Source: an uncultured bacterium (GTDB lineage Bacteria; Acidobacteriota; Thermoanaerobaculia; Thermoanaerobaculales; Thermoanaerobaculaceae). From it: a stretch of DNA of 64,000 nt. Below are positions 10,981 through 19,748 of this stretch, in pieces (the first letter of the stretch is position 1; each line of letters starts with the position of its first letter). Under the pieces are notes generated by a model. The model was not told the origin of the DNA, searched no databases, and saw nothing but the letters and a program-made list of their open reading frames with translations. The stretch lies in the NCBI GenBank assembly GCA_937924755.1, contig CALEVZ010000005.1:22609-86608 (forward strand). The letters are read 5' to 3'. The position numbers and the translations under genes were made by a program.

Positions 10981-11406
10981 TCAGAGGGGAGCGGGGACGA
11001 ATTGGCGAAACACCGCCCACTCCCCGTCTTCCATCCAGGTGAGCTGCAGCTCCAGCTCGGGAAACTCCTCCTGCAGGGCGCGGGCCAGCTGGCGCAGCTG
11101 ATCGGCCCCGGCAGTGTAGATGACCAGCTCGTGCCGGCCGTCGGTGGTGATTGCCCCCACCAGCCGCGCGGGGCCCTCGGCGGGCAGCCGGGAGCACAGC
11201 CTCTCCTCCAGGGTGTCCAGCTGGGCCGCTGCGGCGGGGGAGGGCAGCCCGTCGGGCAGCGGCTCGGGGTAGAAGGCCGCCAGGCTGCACCAGGTGGGTA
11301 GAGCGGCCCGCTCTGCCTCGCCACCGGCGGCGACGTCAAACACCGCCACCAGCCGGCGGCCCCGGAACACCCCGTCGCGTACCTTCACCCACCGGGAACG
11401 AAGCAC
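10981..11406 (-). CDS. Hypothetical protein, DUF695-like
   Basis: 141 aa. The pattern PDGLPSPAAAAQLDTLEERL...VGAITTDGRHELVIYT resembles DUF695 family members. The assignment is from memory only. Confidence 0.4.
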   Translation of the reverse strand: MLRSRWVKVRDGVFRGRRLVAVFDVAAGGEAERAALPTWCSLAAFYPEPLPDGLPSPAAAAQLDTLEERLCSRLPAEGPARLVGAITTDGRHELVIYTAGADQLRQLARALQEEFPELELQLTWMEDGEWAVFRQFVPAPL

Positions 11407-11432
11407 CGCCCTGACCCTCCCTGGACGCTATC

Positions 11433-13838
11433 CTACATCTTCACGGTAACGCCGGCGTAGAGGTGGCGCCCCGCAGCCGGGATGAACAGTGGCTGGCCGT
11501 CGTCCACATACCCGAAGGAGGTGTAGCGCTTGTCCAGGAGGTTGTGGACGCGCAGCTCCAGGGTCGCCGGCAGGGGATGGGTGAGCCGGGGGAGCAGGCG
11601 GTCCAGGTCGATGCGCGCCAGGGCGTCCACCAGCGTAAAAGCCGGGTTGACCAGGGGCACGTAACCCGGCGCGGCGCGACGTTCGGGGTAGCGGCGATTG
11701 TCCTGGGAGGAGTCCAGGTACAGCTTACCAACCCGGCGCACCGTGGCGGCCAGGTGGAGGCCGTCCCCCATCCACCGGGCCGTGAGGTTGCCCAGAGAGG
11801 TGGGGTGGCCGCCGATGCGGTTGCCGTCGTGCACGATGGTGGAACCGTCCCAGCCGAACTCGCGAAAGCGCAGAAAGGTGTTGCGCGTGGCCGTGAGGGA
11901 CAGGTCGAAGGCGAGTCTCGAGGAGGCCTGCCAGGACCCCTCCAGCTCGGCGGCGCGGTGGCGGGAGCGGGCCCCGTTGCCGTAGATGGGCACGCCGTTG
12001 TCGTCCAGCGCCCCGGCGTAGACGATTTCGTTGGCGAAGTCGAGGTACGACAGCGCCCCCCGCAGCCGCCAGGTGGGCCGGCGGATGGCGGCCCCCAGCT
12101 CGTAGTTCCACACGTCTTCGGGTTCGAGGGCCACCCGCTGGCCGTAATAGTCCTGGGGGTCGTAGATGCTGCGGAAGGTGGGCTCGCGCATGCCGCGGGC
12201 CGCCTGCACCGTCGCCTCTGCCCCCTCACCCAGCTTCCACACCGCTCCGGCGCGGGGGAGCAGGAATGAGAACGACTCGGAAAAGGCCCGGCCGCGAATG
12301 CGATCGTTGCGCAGGGTGTAAGTGTGATGGGCGGCCCCAACCCCGGCGGTGAGGCGCAGCCGCTCGCTGGCCCGCCAGCCGGCGCGCAGCAGGGCGGCGG
12401 TGCTGCGCTTGTCCACCTCGTAGTCGTAGTAGCGCCGGTTGGGCTCGATCCCGACGGGGTAAAACTGCGCCCAGCGCACCTCTCCCCAGTGGCGGGCCTC
12501 GTGCAGGCGCACCTCGCCGCTGGCGATCACGTCCCACTGCCCGCGCCGCCACGTCAAGGTGGGCACCCAGCCGGCGTCCCACTCGTCCACGGTGCGCCGT
12601 CGCACCAGATCGCTGCGGGTGATGACGCTGCCGTCCGGCAGCACCACGGGGGGCAGGTTGTACTCCACCAGACGCCGCCGCGCCCGGAACTGCTCGTAAT
12701 GCCCCTCCCCCTCGAAGTAGTAGAACGTCTGCGAGAGCTCCGCCGAGGGGGCGAGGGAGAGCTCGTGGATGAGCTGGTAGTGGGGTTGCAGGAAGGTATC
12801 GATCTCGCCCGGGAAGGTCAGGGGGTTGAAGCGGCGGTCACGCGCGGCGTTGCCGGTGAGGCCGCCTTGGAGGGTGCTGCGGGGCACCCCCACGTAGGCC
12901 AGGTGGGTGCGCTCGGGGCCCCCGAAGAGGTTGATGCGCAGTCGTGACCGCTGGCCGAGGCGAGCCAGGGAGAAGTAGTAGTTCCACATCTCCACCCACG
13001 ACTGGTCGCGGTAGCCGTCGCTGGTGATGCGGGAATAGCGGGCGGACAACGCCCAGCCGCCCCCCAACAGGCCGGACTCGTAGCGGGCAGCCAGCCGCCG
13101 GGTGGCGAAGCTGCCGCCCCCCAGGTGCAGGGAGAAGCCGGGTTCAAGGGCCGGATCGGCGGTGGTGATGTCCACCGCCCCGCCGATCCCCGACAGCCCG
13201 AACACCCCGCGCTGCACCTGAATGTCACCGGCGGTGGCCAGGAAGTCGGCCAGATCGATGAAGAACAATTCTCCCGACTCGGCATCATTGAGGGGGGCGC
13301 CGTTCAAAGTGACGCGGGTGCGGGCCTGGCCGAAGCCGCGGATGGTGAAGTACGAGTAGCCGATGCCGTGGCCGTTGTCGTTGTAGGCATAGAACCCCGG
13401 CGCCACCCCGGCCAGCAGCATGGCCGGGTCCTGCCCCCAGTACGCCTCCTGGATGCGCTCCTGGGGCACGTTGGTGAAGGTCGCCGGGTCGATTCCTTCC
13501 CGAGCACGCGTGGCCGTCACCTCGATGCGATCGGTGAAGGCAGTGTCGGGGGTGAGTGCGACGGTGAGGGGCGCTGAGAGGGGCAGTGCGAGCTTCAGCC
13601 GCTCCGCCCGATAGCCGGTGTGCGCAATGAGCAGCTGGGCCGTGGTGAGGTCGGGGACGGTGAGGGAAAACTCCCCCGCCTCGTCGGTCGACACGGCCGC
13701 ACCCCCGGCCGCCGACACGCGAGCCCCGGCCAGGGGAGCACCCGTGCGGGCATCCACCACCCGGCCGCGCAGTTCAGCCGCGAGAGCGGGAAAACTCGTT
13801 GCAAGAAGAAGCACCACCAGGGCAAGGCGTCGTTGCAT
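11433..13838 (-). CDS. TonB-dependent outer-membrane receptor with N-terminal carboxypeptidase-regulatory-like domain
   Basis: 801 aa. Signal peptide MQRRLALVVLLLATSFPALA, CarbopepD_reg-like segment ELRGRVVDARTGAPLAGARV, a plug region, a beta-barrel and a terminal aromatic-rich strand. It is preceded by a TPP riboswitch. Confidence 0.85.
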   Translation of the reverse strand: MQRRLALVVLLLATSFPALAAELRGRVVDARTGAPLAGARVSAAGGAAVSTDEAGEFSLTVPDLTTAQLLIAHTGYRAERLKLALPLSAPLTVALTPDTAFTDRIEVTATRAREGIDPATFTNVPQERIQEAYWGQDPAMLLAGVAPGFYAYNDNGHGIGYSYFTIRGFGQARTRVTLNGAPLNDAESGELFFIDLADFLATAGDIQVQRGVFGLSGIGGAVDITTADPALEPGFSLHLGGGSFATRRLAARYESGLLGGGWALSARYSRITSDGYRDQSWVEMWNYYFSLARLGQRSRLRINLFGGPERTHLAYVGVPRSTLQGGLTGNAARDRRFNPLTFPGEIDTFLQPHYQLIHELSLAPSAELSQTFYYFEGEGHYEQFRARRRLVEYNLPPVVLPDGSVITRSDLVRRRTVDEWDAGWVPTLTWRRGQWDVIASGEVRLHEARHWGEVRWAQFYPVGIEPNRRYYDYEVDKRSTAALLRAGWRASERLRLTAGVGAAHHTYTLRNDRIRGRAFSESFSFLLPRAGAVWKLGEGAEATVQAARGMREPTFRSIYDPQDYYGQRVALEPEDVWNYELGAAIRRPTWRLRGALSYLDFANEIVYAGALDDNGVPIYGNGARSRHRAAELEGSWQASSRLAFDLSLTATRNTFLRFREFGWDGSTIVHDGNRIGGHPTSLGNLTARWMGDGLHLAATVRRVGKLYLDSSQDNRRYPERRAAPGYVPLVNPAFTLVDALARIDLDRLLPRLTHPLPATLELRVHNLLDKRYTSFGYVDDGQPLFIPAAGRHLYAGVTVKM

Positions 13839-13899
13839 CTTTTACCTCCTTGCCGGGATCTCCGGCGGGGAGGACCGCGGTGGAGCCACGACGCCCCCA

Positions 13900-13995
13900 C
13901 TGCTGTTCGTTCCGTTCCCTACGCCGGCATGACCCGGATCAGGTTCACGAGGGTGTGATCTCAGCCCCACCGGCAGGCGGCGGGGCACCCCTACG
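13900..13995 (-). promoter_or_regulatory. TPP (THI-box) riboswitch in the 5' leader of the TonB-dependent receptor
   Basis: The minus strand reads GUAGGGGUGCCCCGCCGCCUGCCGGUGGGGCUGAGAUCACACCCUCGUGAACCUGAUCCGGGUCAUGCCGGCGUAGGGAAC. It contains the invariant GGGGUGC, GCUGAGA, ACCC, GAACCUGAUC and GCGUAGGGA blocks. A downstream hairpin at 13846-13873 pairs CCUCC..GCCGG with CCGGC..GGAGG and covers the SD. Confidence 0.9.
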
Positions 13996-14099
13996 GAAAA
14001 CCGCATAGATTCAAAGAACCGGTTCCATTGTGGGGCTAAGCGGCGGCGGTGTCAAGCGGCCGAGGGGCCCCGGCCCGAGGCCTGACGTTTTGCTGCAGC

Positions 14100-14332
14100 G
14101 CCGGGCCGCGCCCTTGATCATCCACCGCAACATCCCGTAAGACGAGACCGTTTTCGCTGTCCCACACGCCGCGAAGAGCAGCGCGGCCTCCCCCACAGCG
14201 GCCGCCGTCGCTGGCTTCCGCGGCTCCGGCGGGTAGCCGTGCGTGCGGTGGGAGCCCCGCCATCCGACAACCTCCAGCCAGGCGAGGGCGGCCTGTTCGA
14301 CGGTGGATTTGGTCAGATGAGCCAGGGTTCAT
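14100..14332 (-). pseudogene. Degraded N-terminal fragment of a type I restriction enzyme R subunit (HsdR)
   Basis: The minus strand encodes ..HLTKSTVEQAALAWLEVVGW.., the characteristic HsdR N-terminus. It is out of frame with the nearby ATG. The frame decays afterwards and no helicase body follows. Confidence 0.4.
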
Positions 14333-14356
14333 CTTCCTGTCGGGGCGACGCGTTCG

Positions 14357-14384
14357 GTAGGGGCGACGCATGCGTCGCCCCTAC
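14357..14384. repeat. Perfect 28-bp palindrome, a REP/REPIN-like inverted doublet with GTAG heads
   Basis: GTAGGGGCGACGCATGCGTCGCCCCTAC is two inverted 13-mers separated by AT. A third direct near-copy, GTCGGGGCGACGC, lies at 14339-14351. Confidence 0.75.
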
Positions 14385-14433
14385 CTTGCTACCATGGCCA
14401 ACCAGGACTGCGGCCGGCAAGGAAGGGAGGGCG

Positions 14434-15240
14434 ATGGTGCGGATCGCGGCAAACGGCGTGACTTTGGCGGTGGAGGAGGCGGGCAGCGGGGTGCCGTTGC
14501 TGCTGGTGCACGGTTTTCCACTGTCGGCGCAGATGTGGGAGCCGGTGCTGCCGGCGCTGGTCGCGGCGGCGCGGGTGATTACCCTCGACCTGCGGGGCTT
14601 CGGCGGCTCCGAGGCGCCCCCCGCCGGCTACACCATGGAGGCGCTGGCCGAGGACGTGGTGGCGGTGGCGGACGCCCTGGGGTTGCAGCGGTTCGTACTC
14701 GGCGGGCACTCCATGGGGGGGTACGTGGCCTTTCGGGTGGCAGACCGCTGGCCCGAGCGGCTGGCGGGGTTGGTGGTGGTGGATAGCCGCGCCGAAGGCG
14801 ACGACGAGGCGGGGCGGCAGCGGCGTCAGCAGGCCATCGAGCGCATCCTCGGGGGCGATCGAGCGGGGTTTCTCGAGGAATTCCTCCCCAACTTGCTCGC
14901 CCCGGTGAGTCGAAAGCGGGCCCCCCGGCTGCTGGCCGAACTGCGGCGAATCGCCGGCGAGGTGCCTGCCCACGTGCTGGTCGGGTGTCTGGCGGGGATG
15001 CGCGACCGCCCCGACAGCCGGCCGCTGTTGCCGGGTCTCCGGGTGCCGGCCCTGGTGCTGGTGGGAGCCGAGGACGCCATCACCCCGCCGGGCACCGCTC
15101 GCGCCATGGCCGAGGCCCTGCCCCGGGGGCGGCTGGTGGTCGTCCCCGAGTGCGGCCACACGCCGCCGGTGGAGCGCCCGGTGGCGGTGGCCGAGGCGCT
15201 GCTGGATTTCCTCCGCACCCAGTGGCCGGGTCACGACTGA
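14434..15240 (+). CDS. Alpha/beta-fold hydrolase
   Basis: ATG at 14434 follows GGAAGGGAGG. LLLVHGFPLS (oxyanion region), nucleophile elbow GHSMGG and C-terminal catalytic His in ECGHTP. The track ORF start at 14239 is over-extended. Confidence 0.8.
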   Translation: MVRIAANGVTLAVEEAGSGVPLLLVHGFPLSAQMWEPVLPALVAAARVITLDLRGFGGSEAPPAGYTMEALAEDVVAVADALGLQRFVLGGHSMGGYVAFRVADRWPERLAGLVVVDSRAEGDDEAGRQRRQQAIERILGGDRAGFLEEFLPNLLAPVSRKRAPRLLAELRRIAGEVPAHVLVGCLAGMRDRPDSRPLLPGLRVPALVLVGAEDAITPPGTARAMAEALPRGRLVVVPECGHTPPVERPVAVAEALLDFLRTQWPGHD

Positions 15241-15613
15241 AAGGTTTGGATCAGGTTGCCGCAGGTGTCCTCGAAGAGGGCCAGGCGGGTGGAGCGGGAG
15301 GTGACCAGGTCACCACGAAAGACCACGCCGAGGTATCGCAGCCGGGCCACCGCGGCGTCCGGATCGGCGGCGGTGAAGGCGGCCCAAGGGATGCCGGCGG
15401 CGAACAGCTGGACCTGGTAGGCGCGGGCCCGGGGAAAGCCGAGGGGCCCCAGCCGCAGCTCCACCCCGTCAAGGTCCAGCGGAGACACCACGGTCAACCA
15501 CTGGTACTCCCCGCCGGTTCATCCCGCTTCACCTGAAAGCCCAGGATGCGCGTGTAGAGGTCGCGGGCCGCGTCTTGGTCCTGGACTGGAACGCTGGTGA
15601 GGACGATGCGCAT
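15231..15613 (-). pseudogene. VOC/glyoxalase-family protein with a frameshift in a G-run
   Basis: Frame A gives MRIVLTSVPVQDQDAARDLYTRILGFQVKRDEPAG, then STSG and a stop. The neighbouring frame continues (E)YQWLTVVSPLDLDGVELRLGP...FEDTCGNLIQTFQS. One extra G in the GGGG run (plus-strand CCCC at 15509-15512) would restore a normal protein of about 127 aa. Confidence 0.75.
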
Positions 15614-15743
15614 GCATGCCTGCCTCTGCACCGCGATCCGAGCGTGCGGTGCCGCCGTTGCGCCTCCTGGCGGCGCCTCGCTGCTGAACCATCGGCCGAC
15701 CCGGCGCTCTCCCGGGCGGCCCGGCGCGGCTATGATCATGAGG

Positions 15744-16415
15744 ATGTGCGGCCGGTTTTCCTTCGCCTCCCCGCCCGAGGTGGTGGCAGAGGTCTGCGGG
15801 CTGTCCGAGGTGCCGGCTTTCGAGCCCCGCTACAACGTCGCCCCCACCCAGCCGGTGGCGGCGGTGCGCCGCGAGGACGGCCAGCGGCGCCTGGTGTTCC
15901 TGCGCTGGGGCCTGATTCCCGCCTGGGCGAAGGACCCCGCCATCGGCGCGCGGCTGATCAATGCCCGGGCCGAGACGGTGACGGAAAAACCGGCGTTCCG
16001 CGCCGCTCTTCGTGCCCGACGCTGCCTCGTGCTGGCGGACGGCTTTTACGAGTGGGCCCGGCGCGGGGGGGCGAAGCAGCCCTACTTCATTAGCTTTGCA
16101 GATGGTCGTCCGTTTGCATTGGCGGGGTTGTGGGAGCGCTGGGCGGGCGGCGGCCAGTCGGTGGAGTCATGCACCATCCTCACCACCACCCCCAACGAGG
16201 TGGTGGCGCCGCTGCACGACCGCATGCCGGTGATCCTGCCGCCCCCGACCTTCGATCTCTGGCTCGGCCCGGCGGGGGGAGAGCCGGGGCGGCTGCAGCG
16301 GCTCCTGCGCCCCCACCCGGCCGCCGGGATGGTCGCCTGGCCGGTGTCCCCCCGGGTCAACAGCCCCCGCGTGGACGACCCCTCCTGTCGAGAACCCCTC
16401 ACCCCGTCTCGGTAA
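15744..16415 (+). CDS. SOS-response-associated peptidase (SRAP/YedK family, abasic-site crosslinking)
   Basis: Starts MCGRFS (catalytic Cys2). Also contains YNVAPTQ, LRWGLIPAWAKD, INARAETV and FYEW, all SRAP hallmarks. Confidence 0.85.
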   Translation: MCGRFSFASPPEVVAEVCGLSEVPAFEPRYNVAPTQPVAAVRREDGQRRLVFLRWGLIPAWAKDPAIGARLINARAETVTEKPAFRAALRARRCLVLADGFYEWARRGGAKQPYFISFADGRPFALAGLWERWAGGGQSVESCTILTTTPNEVVAPLHDRMPVILPPPTFDLWLGPAGGEPGRLQRLLRPHPAAGMVAWPVSPRVNSPRVDDPSCREPLTPSR

Positions 16416-17511
16416 GGAAGCGGCGGGCGGCGCCGAGGGAGGCGGCGAAGGCCTCCCGATCGCTCCGCTCCACGGCGGTCACCAGGTCGGCCAGGGCCTC
16501 ATGGACGGCCCGATAGACCTCCTGGCGGTGGGGGTTTAACCGCTGGATGTCCAGGTAGAGGTCGGGGTCCTCGGAGACCACCGAGATCGCCGTGGCGGCC
16601 TGTCGTTCGAAGGTGGTGGAGGCACACCGCTGCAGCTCCGCCGCATCCAGTCCAGCGTGGGTGAGGGCGACGCCGAACAGCATGCCGGTGAGGTGGGCCA
16701 GGCCCAGCAGCCAGCCCATGAGGCGATCGTGGTGGAGAAAGGGGATGGGGACCAGGGAGGAGTAGGGGTGGAGCAGCAGCGGCGCCAGGGCGGCGGTTTC
16801 CTCCTCGGCGGCACGGCGGCAGGCAAGGACGAAGGTGAGGGGTTCGTAGGGGGACTTGCCGGGGCCGAACATGGGGTGCAGGCAGGCCACCCGCACCCCC
16901 AGGCGGTCGGCGGCATCCAGAACCGGGAGGAGGTGGCTCTTTATGGAGGCGATCTCCACCACCACGCCCCGCGGGCGGTGTTCCACCACCTCGGCCACCA
17001 CCAGCGGTGTCGTGGCCAGCGGCACCGAGACGAGGATGAAATCGTAGGCGTCCAGGTCGCCGACCTCCGCCAGCTCGGCGAAACGGCCGGGGGCGGCGGC
17101 GATGCCGGCCCAGGAAGGGTCGACGGCGTCCACCCGGTGGCCCACCAGCGCGAGGAAGGTGGCAAACCACATCCCCATCCCGCCGGCACCGCCCAGCAGC
17201 AGCACGCGGCCACCCCGAGAAGCGCGCAGCGCCGTGCCCACCCGGTGCTGGCGCTCCACCGAGCCCGCCATGACGGCCTGGAACACCGCCTCCATCACCT
17301 TGGGGGTGACGCCGCAGGCGTCGGCGTGCTGGCGGGCGCGCGCCAGCACCTTCTCTTCCACGTCCCGGACCACCACCGGGGTGCCGCGCTCGGCCTTGAT
17401 CTGCCCCACCTGGGCGGCCAGCTCCATGCGCCGCCGCAGTAGCTCCAGCAGGGCGCGGTCCACCTCGGCGATGCTTTCTCTCAATTCCGCAAGACCGGTA
17501 CCGTTGTCCAT
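16399..17511 (-). CDS. tyrA: Bifunctional chorismate mutase / prephenate dehydrogenase (T-protein-like)
   Basis: ATG at 17511 follows AGGAGTGAT. The N-terminal CM_2 helix is LAELRESIAEVDRALLELLRRRMELAAQVGQIKAERG. It is followed by the Rossmann motif LLLGGAGGMGMW and a prephenate dehydrogenase body. Confidence 0.8.
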   Translation of the reverse strand: MDNGTGLAELRESIAEVDRALLELLRRRMELAAQVGQIKAERGTPVVVRDVEEKVLARARQHADACGVTPKVMEAVFQAVMAGSVERQHRVGTALRASRGGRVLLLGGAGGMGMWFATFLALVGHRVDAVDPSWAGIAAAPGRFAELAEVGDLDAYDFILVSVPLATTPLVVAEVVEHRPRGVVVEIASIKSHLLPVLDAADRLGVRVACLHPMFGPGKSPYEPLTFVLACRRAAEEETAALAPLLLHPYSSLVPIPFLHHDRLMGWLLGLAHLTGMLFGVALTHAGLDAAELQRCASTTFERQAATAISVVSEDPDLYLDIQRLNPHRQEVYRAVHEALADLVTAVERSDREAFAASLGAARRFLTETG

Positions 17512-17580
17512 ATCACTCCTAGCCGCTGTACGATAGCAGCTACCGCGGCGCGGGGTGCGCCCGCGGTGGGGAGGGAGAAC

Positions 17581-17901
17581 ATGTGGCACACGGTGGCACG
17601 AGTCGCTGATCTCCGGGACGGCGAGGGGCGCAGCGTCCTGGTGGGCGGGGTGGAGGTGGGGGTGTACCGCTGCGGGGAAGAGTTCTTCGCGGTGGAGAAC
17701 GTCTGTACTCACGCCCACGCCTACCTGCACGAGGGGAGCGTGGATCGCGTGCGGTGCACGGTGGAGTGCCCCCTGCACGGCGCCGAGTTCGACCTGCGCT
17801 CGGGAGCCGTCCTCTCACCCCCCGCCGAGGAGCCCCTGCGCACCTTCCGCGTGCGGGTGGTCCACGGCGAAGTGCAGGTCGACCTGGGGGAGGACGGCTA
17901 G
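17581..17901 (+). CDS. Rieske [2Fe-2S] ferredoxin-type protein
   Basis: CTHAHAYL and CPLHGAEF are the CxH...CxxH Rieske ligands. About 106 aa. A GGGAGG SD lies before ATG 17581. Confidence 0.8.
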   Translation: MWHTVARVADLRDGEGRSVLVGGVEVGVYRCGEEFFAVENVCTHAHAYLHEGSVDRVRCTVECPLHGAEFDLRSGAVLSPPAEEPLRTFRVRVVHGEVQVDLGEDG

Positions 17902-19748
17902 ACTCCGGCAGGCGCTACCGCGGGTCCAGAGAAAAGCTGTAACTCATACAAAGATTTGTAGATCCCGTTCGCGGCCAAAAGTTCCTCGTGGCGCCCCTGC
18001 TCCACCAGGCGGCCGGAGTGCATCACCAGGACGCGGTCGCATCCCACCACCGTGGCCAGGCGGTGGGCGATGATCAAGGCCGTCCGTCCGGCCAGCAAGC
18101 GGTCGAGCGCCTCCCGGATCAGGGCCTCGGTCTGGGGGTCTACGGAGGCGGTGGCCTCGTCCAGGATGAGAAACTCCGGGTCCCCCACCAGCGCCCGCGC
18201 GAAGGACACCAGCTGGCGCTCCCCCACCGACAGGCCGGCACCCCGCTCACCCAGCACCGTATCCAAGCCCAAGGGCAGCCGCCGCAGCAGCGGTCCGGCC
18301 TGCACCTGCTCCAGCGCCCACAGGAGGTGGGCGTCGTCGAGTCCCTCCCGGCCGAGGCTGACGTTGTCGCGCAGGGTACCGGCGAAGCAGTCCACGTCCT
18401 GCAGCACCACGGCGAAACGGCGGCGCAGCTCGGCCAGGCGCAGGGAGCGGACGTCCACCCCGTCGACGGTGATGCGCCCCCGCTTGACGTCGTAAAACCG
18501 CAGCAGAAGGTTGACCAGAGTGCTCTTGCCGGCACCGGTGTGCCCCACCACCGCCAGCCGCTCCCCCGGGGCGGCGGCAAAGCTGACGTTGGACAGCACC
18601 CAGCGCTCCCCTTCGTAGGCGAACCAGACGCCCTCCCAGGCGAAGGTGCTGCGGCGGGGAGGAGGTGGTGCGGGGGTGGCCGGCTCCTCCAGGGCGGGCT
18701 GGGTGGCCAGCAGCGCCTGCAGCCGCTCGGCGGCGGCCAGCGAGGTCTGCAGCACGTTGTAGTTCTCCGCCAGGTCGGAGATGGGCCGGTAGAACCGCTG
18801 AACGTACTGCAGGAAGGCGACCAGCACGCCGAGGGAGAGGGTGCCCTCGGCCGTCCATCCCCAGCCGAACACCAACAGCGCCACCAGCCCCGCGGCGGTG
18901 AGCAGCTCCACGGCCGGGAAGAACAGCGCGTAGTAGAAGATGCCGCTGATGTTGGCGTCCCGGTGGGCGGCGTCGAGGCGCTCGAGCTGGCCCTGGGCGC
19001 GTGCCTCGGCGCGGGCCAGCTGTACCACCGACATGCCGGAGAGATGCTCCTGCAGGTGGGTGTTGATCGCGGCCAAGCGGGCCCGCACCTCCCGGTACAC
19101 CCGCCTAGCGTTGTGGCGGAACCAGGCCGACAGGACCAGCAGCAGAGGCAGGATCGAGAACGCCACCAGGGCCAGCCGCCAGTCCAGGGAGAACAGCACT
19201 GCGACGATGCCGCCCAACAGCACCAGGTCGGCCAGGATCTGCACGAAGCCGGAGGTGAACAGCTCGTTGACCGCCTCCACGTCGCTGGTGAGCCGGGTGA
19301 TCACCCGGCCGGCGGGGGTGCGGTTGAACCACGCCAGCTCCAGGCGCTGCAGGTGGGCGAAGAGGGCATCGCGCATATCACGCATGACCAGCTGCCCCGT
19401 CATCAACATGGTGCGCGCCTGCCACACCAGCAGCGCGGCGCCGGCCAGCAGCGACAGCAGGTAGGCCACGGTCAAGGTGGCGAGCCCCGCCCCACCCTGC
19501 CGCGGCAGGTCGAGCACCTCCAGAAGGCGATACACCCGGGCCGCCGTGGCCCCCGGTTCCGGCTTCAGGTACAGGTCGATGGCGGCGGCGGTGATGAGCG
19601 GACCAAGGATCTGCAACGCCGAGCCGGCGATGACCAGGGCGGTGGCCAGCACCACCCGCCGCCAGTAGGGGCGGATCCAGGCCGCCAGCCACAGGGTCAT
19701 GCGCCGGTCGGTATCGGGCCTCATCACGTCAGGGACAGGGGCGTTCAT
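17898..19748 (-). CDS. ABC exporter, fused permease/ATPase (MsbA/multidrug type)
   Basis: Six-helix TMD followed by an NBD with Walker A GHTGAGKST, signature LSVGERQ and Walker B FLILDEATASVD. The start ATG at 19748 overlaps the upstream gene's stop (ATGA). Confidence 0.85.
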   Translation of the reverse strand: MNAPVPDVMRPDTDRRMTLWLAAWIRPYWRRVVLATALVIAGSALQILGPLITAAAIDLYLKPEPGATAARVYRLLEVLDLPRQGGAGLATLTVAYLLSLLAGAALLVWQARTMLMTGQLVMRDMRDALFAHLQRLELAWFNRTPAGRVITRLTSDVEAVNELFTSGFVQILADLVLLGGIVAVLFSLDWRLALVAFSILPLLLVLSAWFRHNARRVYREVRARLAAINTHLQEHLSGMSVVQLARAEARAQGQLERLDAAHRDANISGIFYYALFFPAVELLTAAGLVALLVFGWGWTAEGTLSLGVLVAFLQYVQRFYRPISDLAENYNVLQTSLAAAERLQALLATQPALEEPATPAPPPPRRSTFAWEGVWFAYEGERWVLSNVSFAAAPGERLAVVGHTGAGKSTLVNLLLRFYDVKRGRITVDGVDVRSLRLAELRRRFAVVLQDVDCFAGTLRDNVSLGREGLDDAHLLWALEQVQAGPLLRRLPLGLDTVLGERGAGLSVGERQLVSFARALVGDPEFLILDEATASVDPQTEALIREALDRLLAGRTALIIAHRLATVVGCDRVLVMHSGRLVEQGRHEELLAANGIYKSLYELQLFSGPAVAPAGV

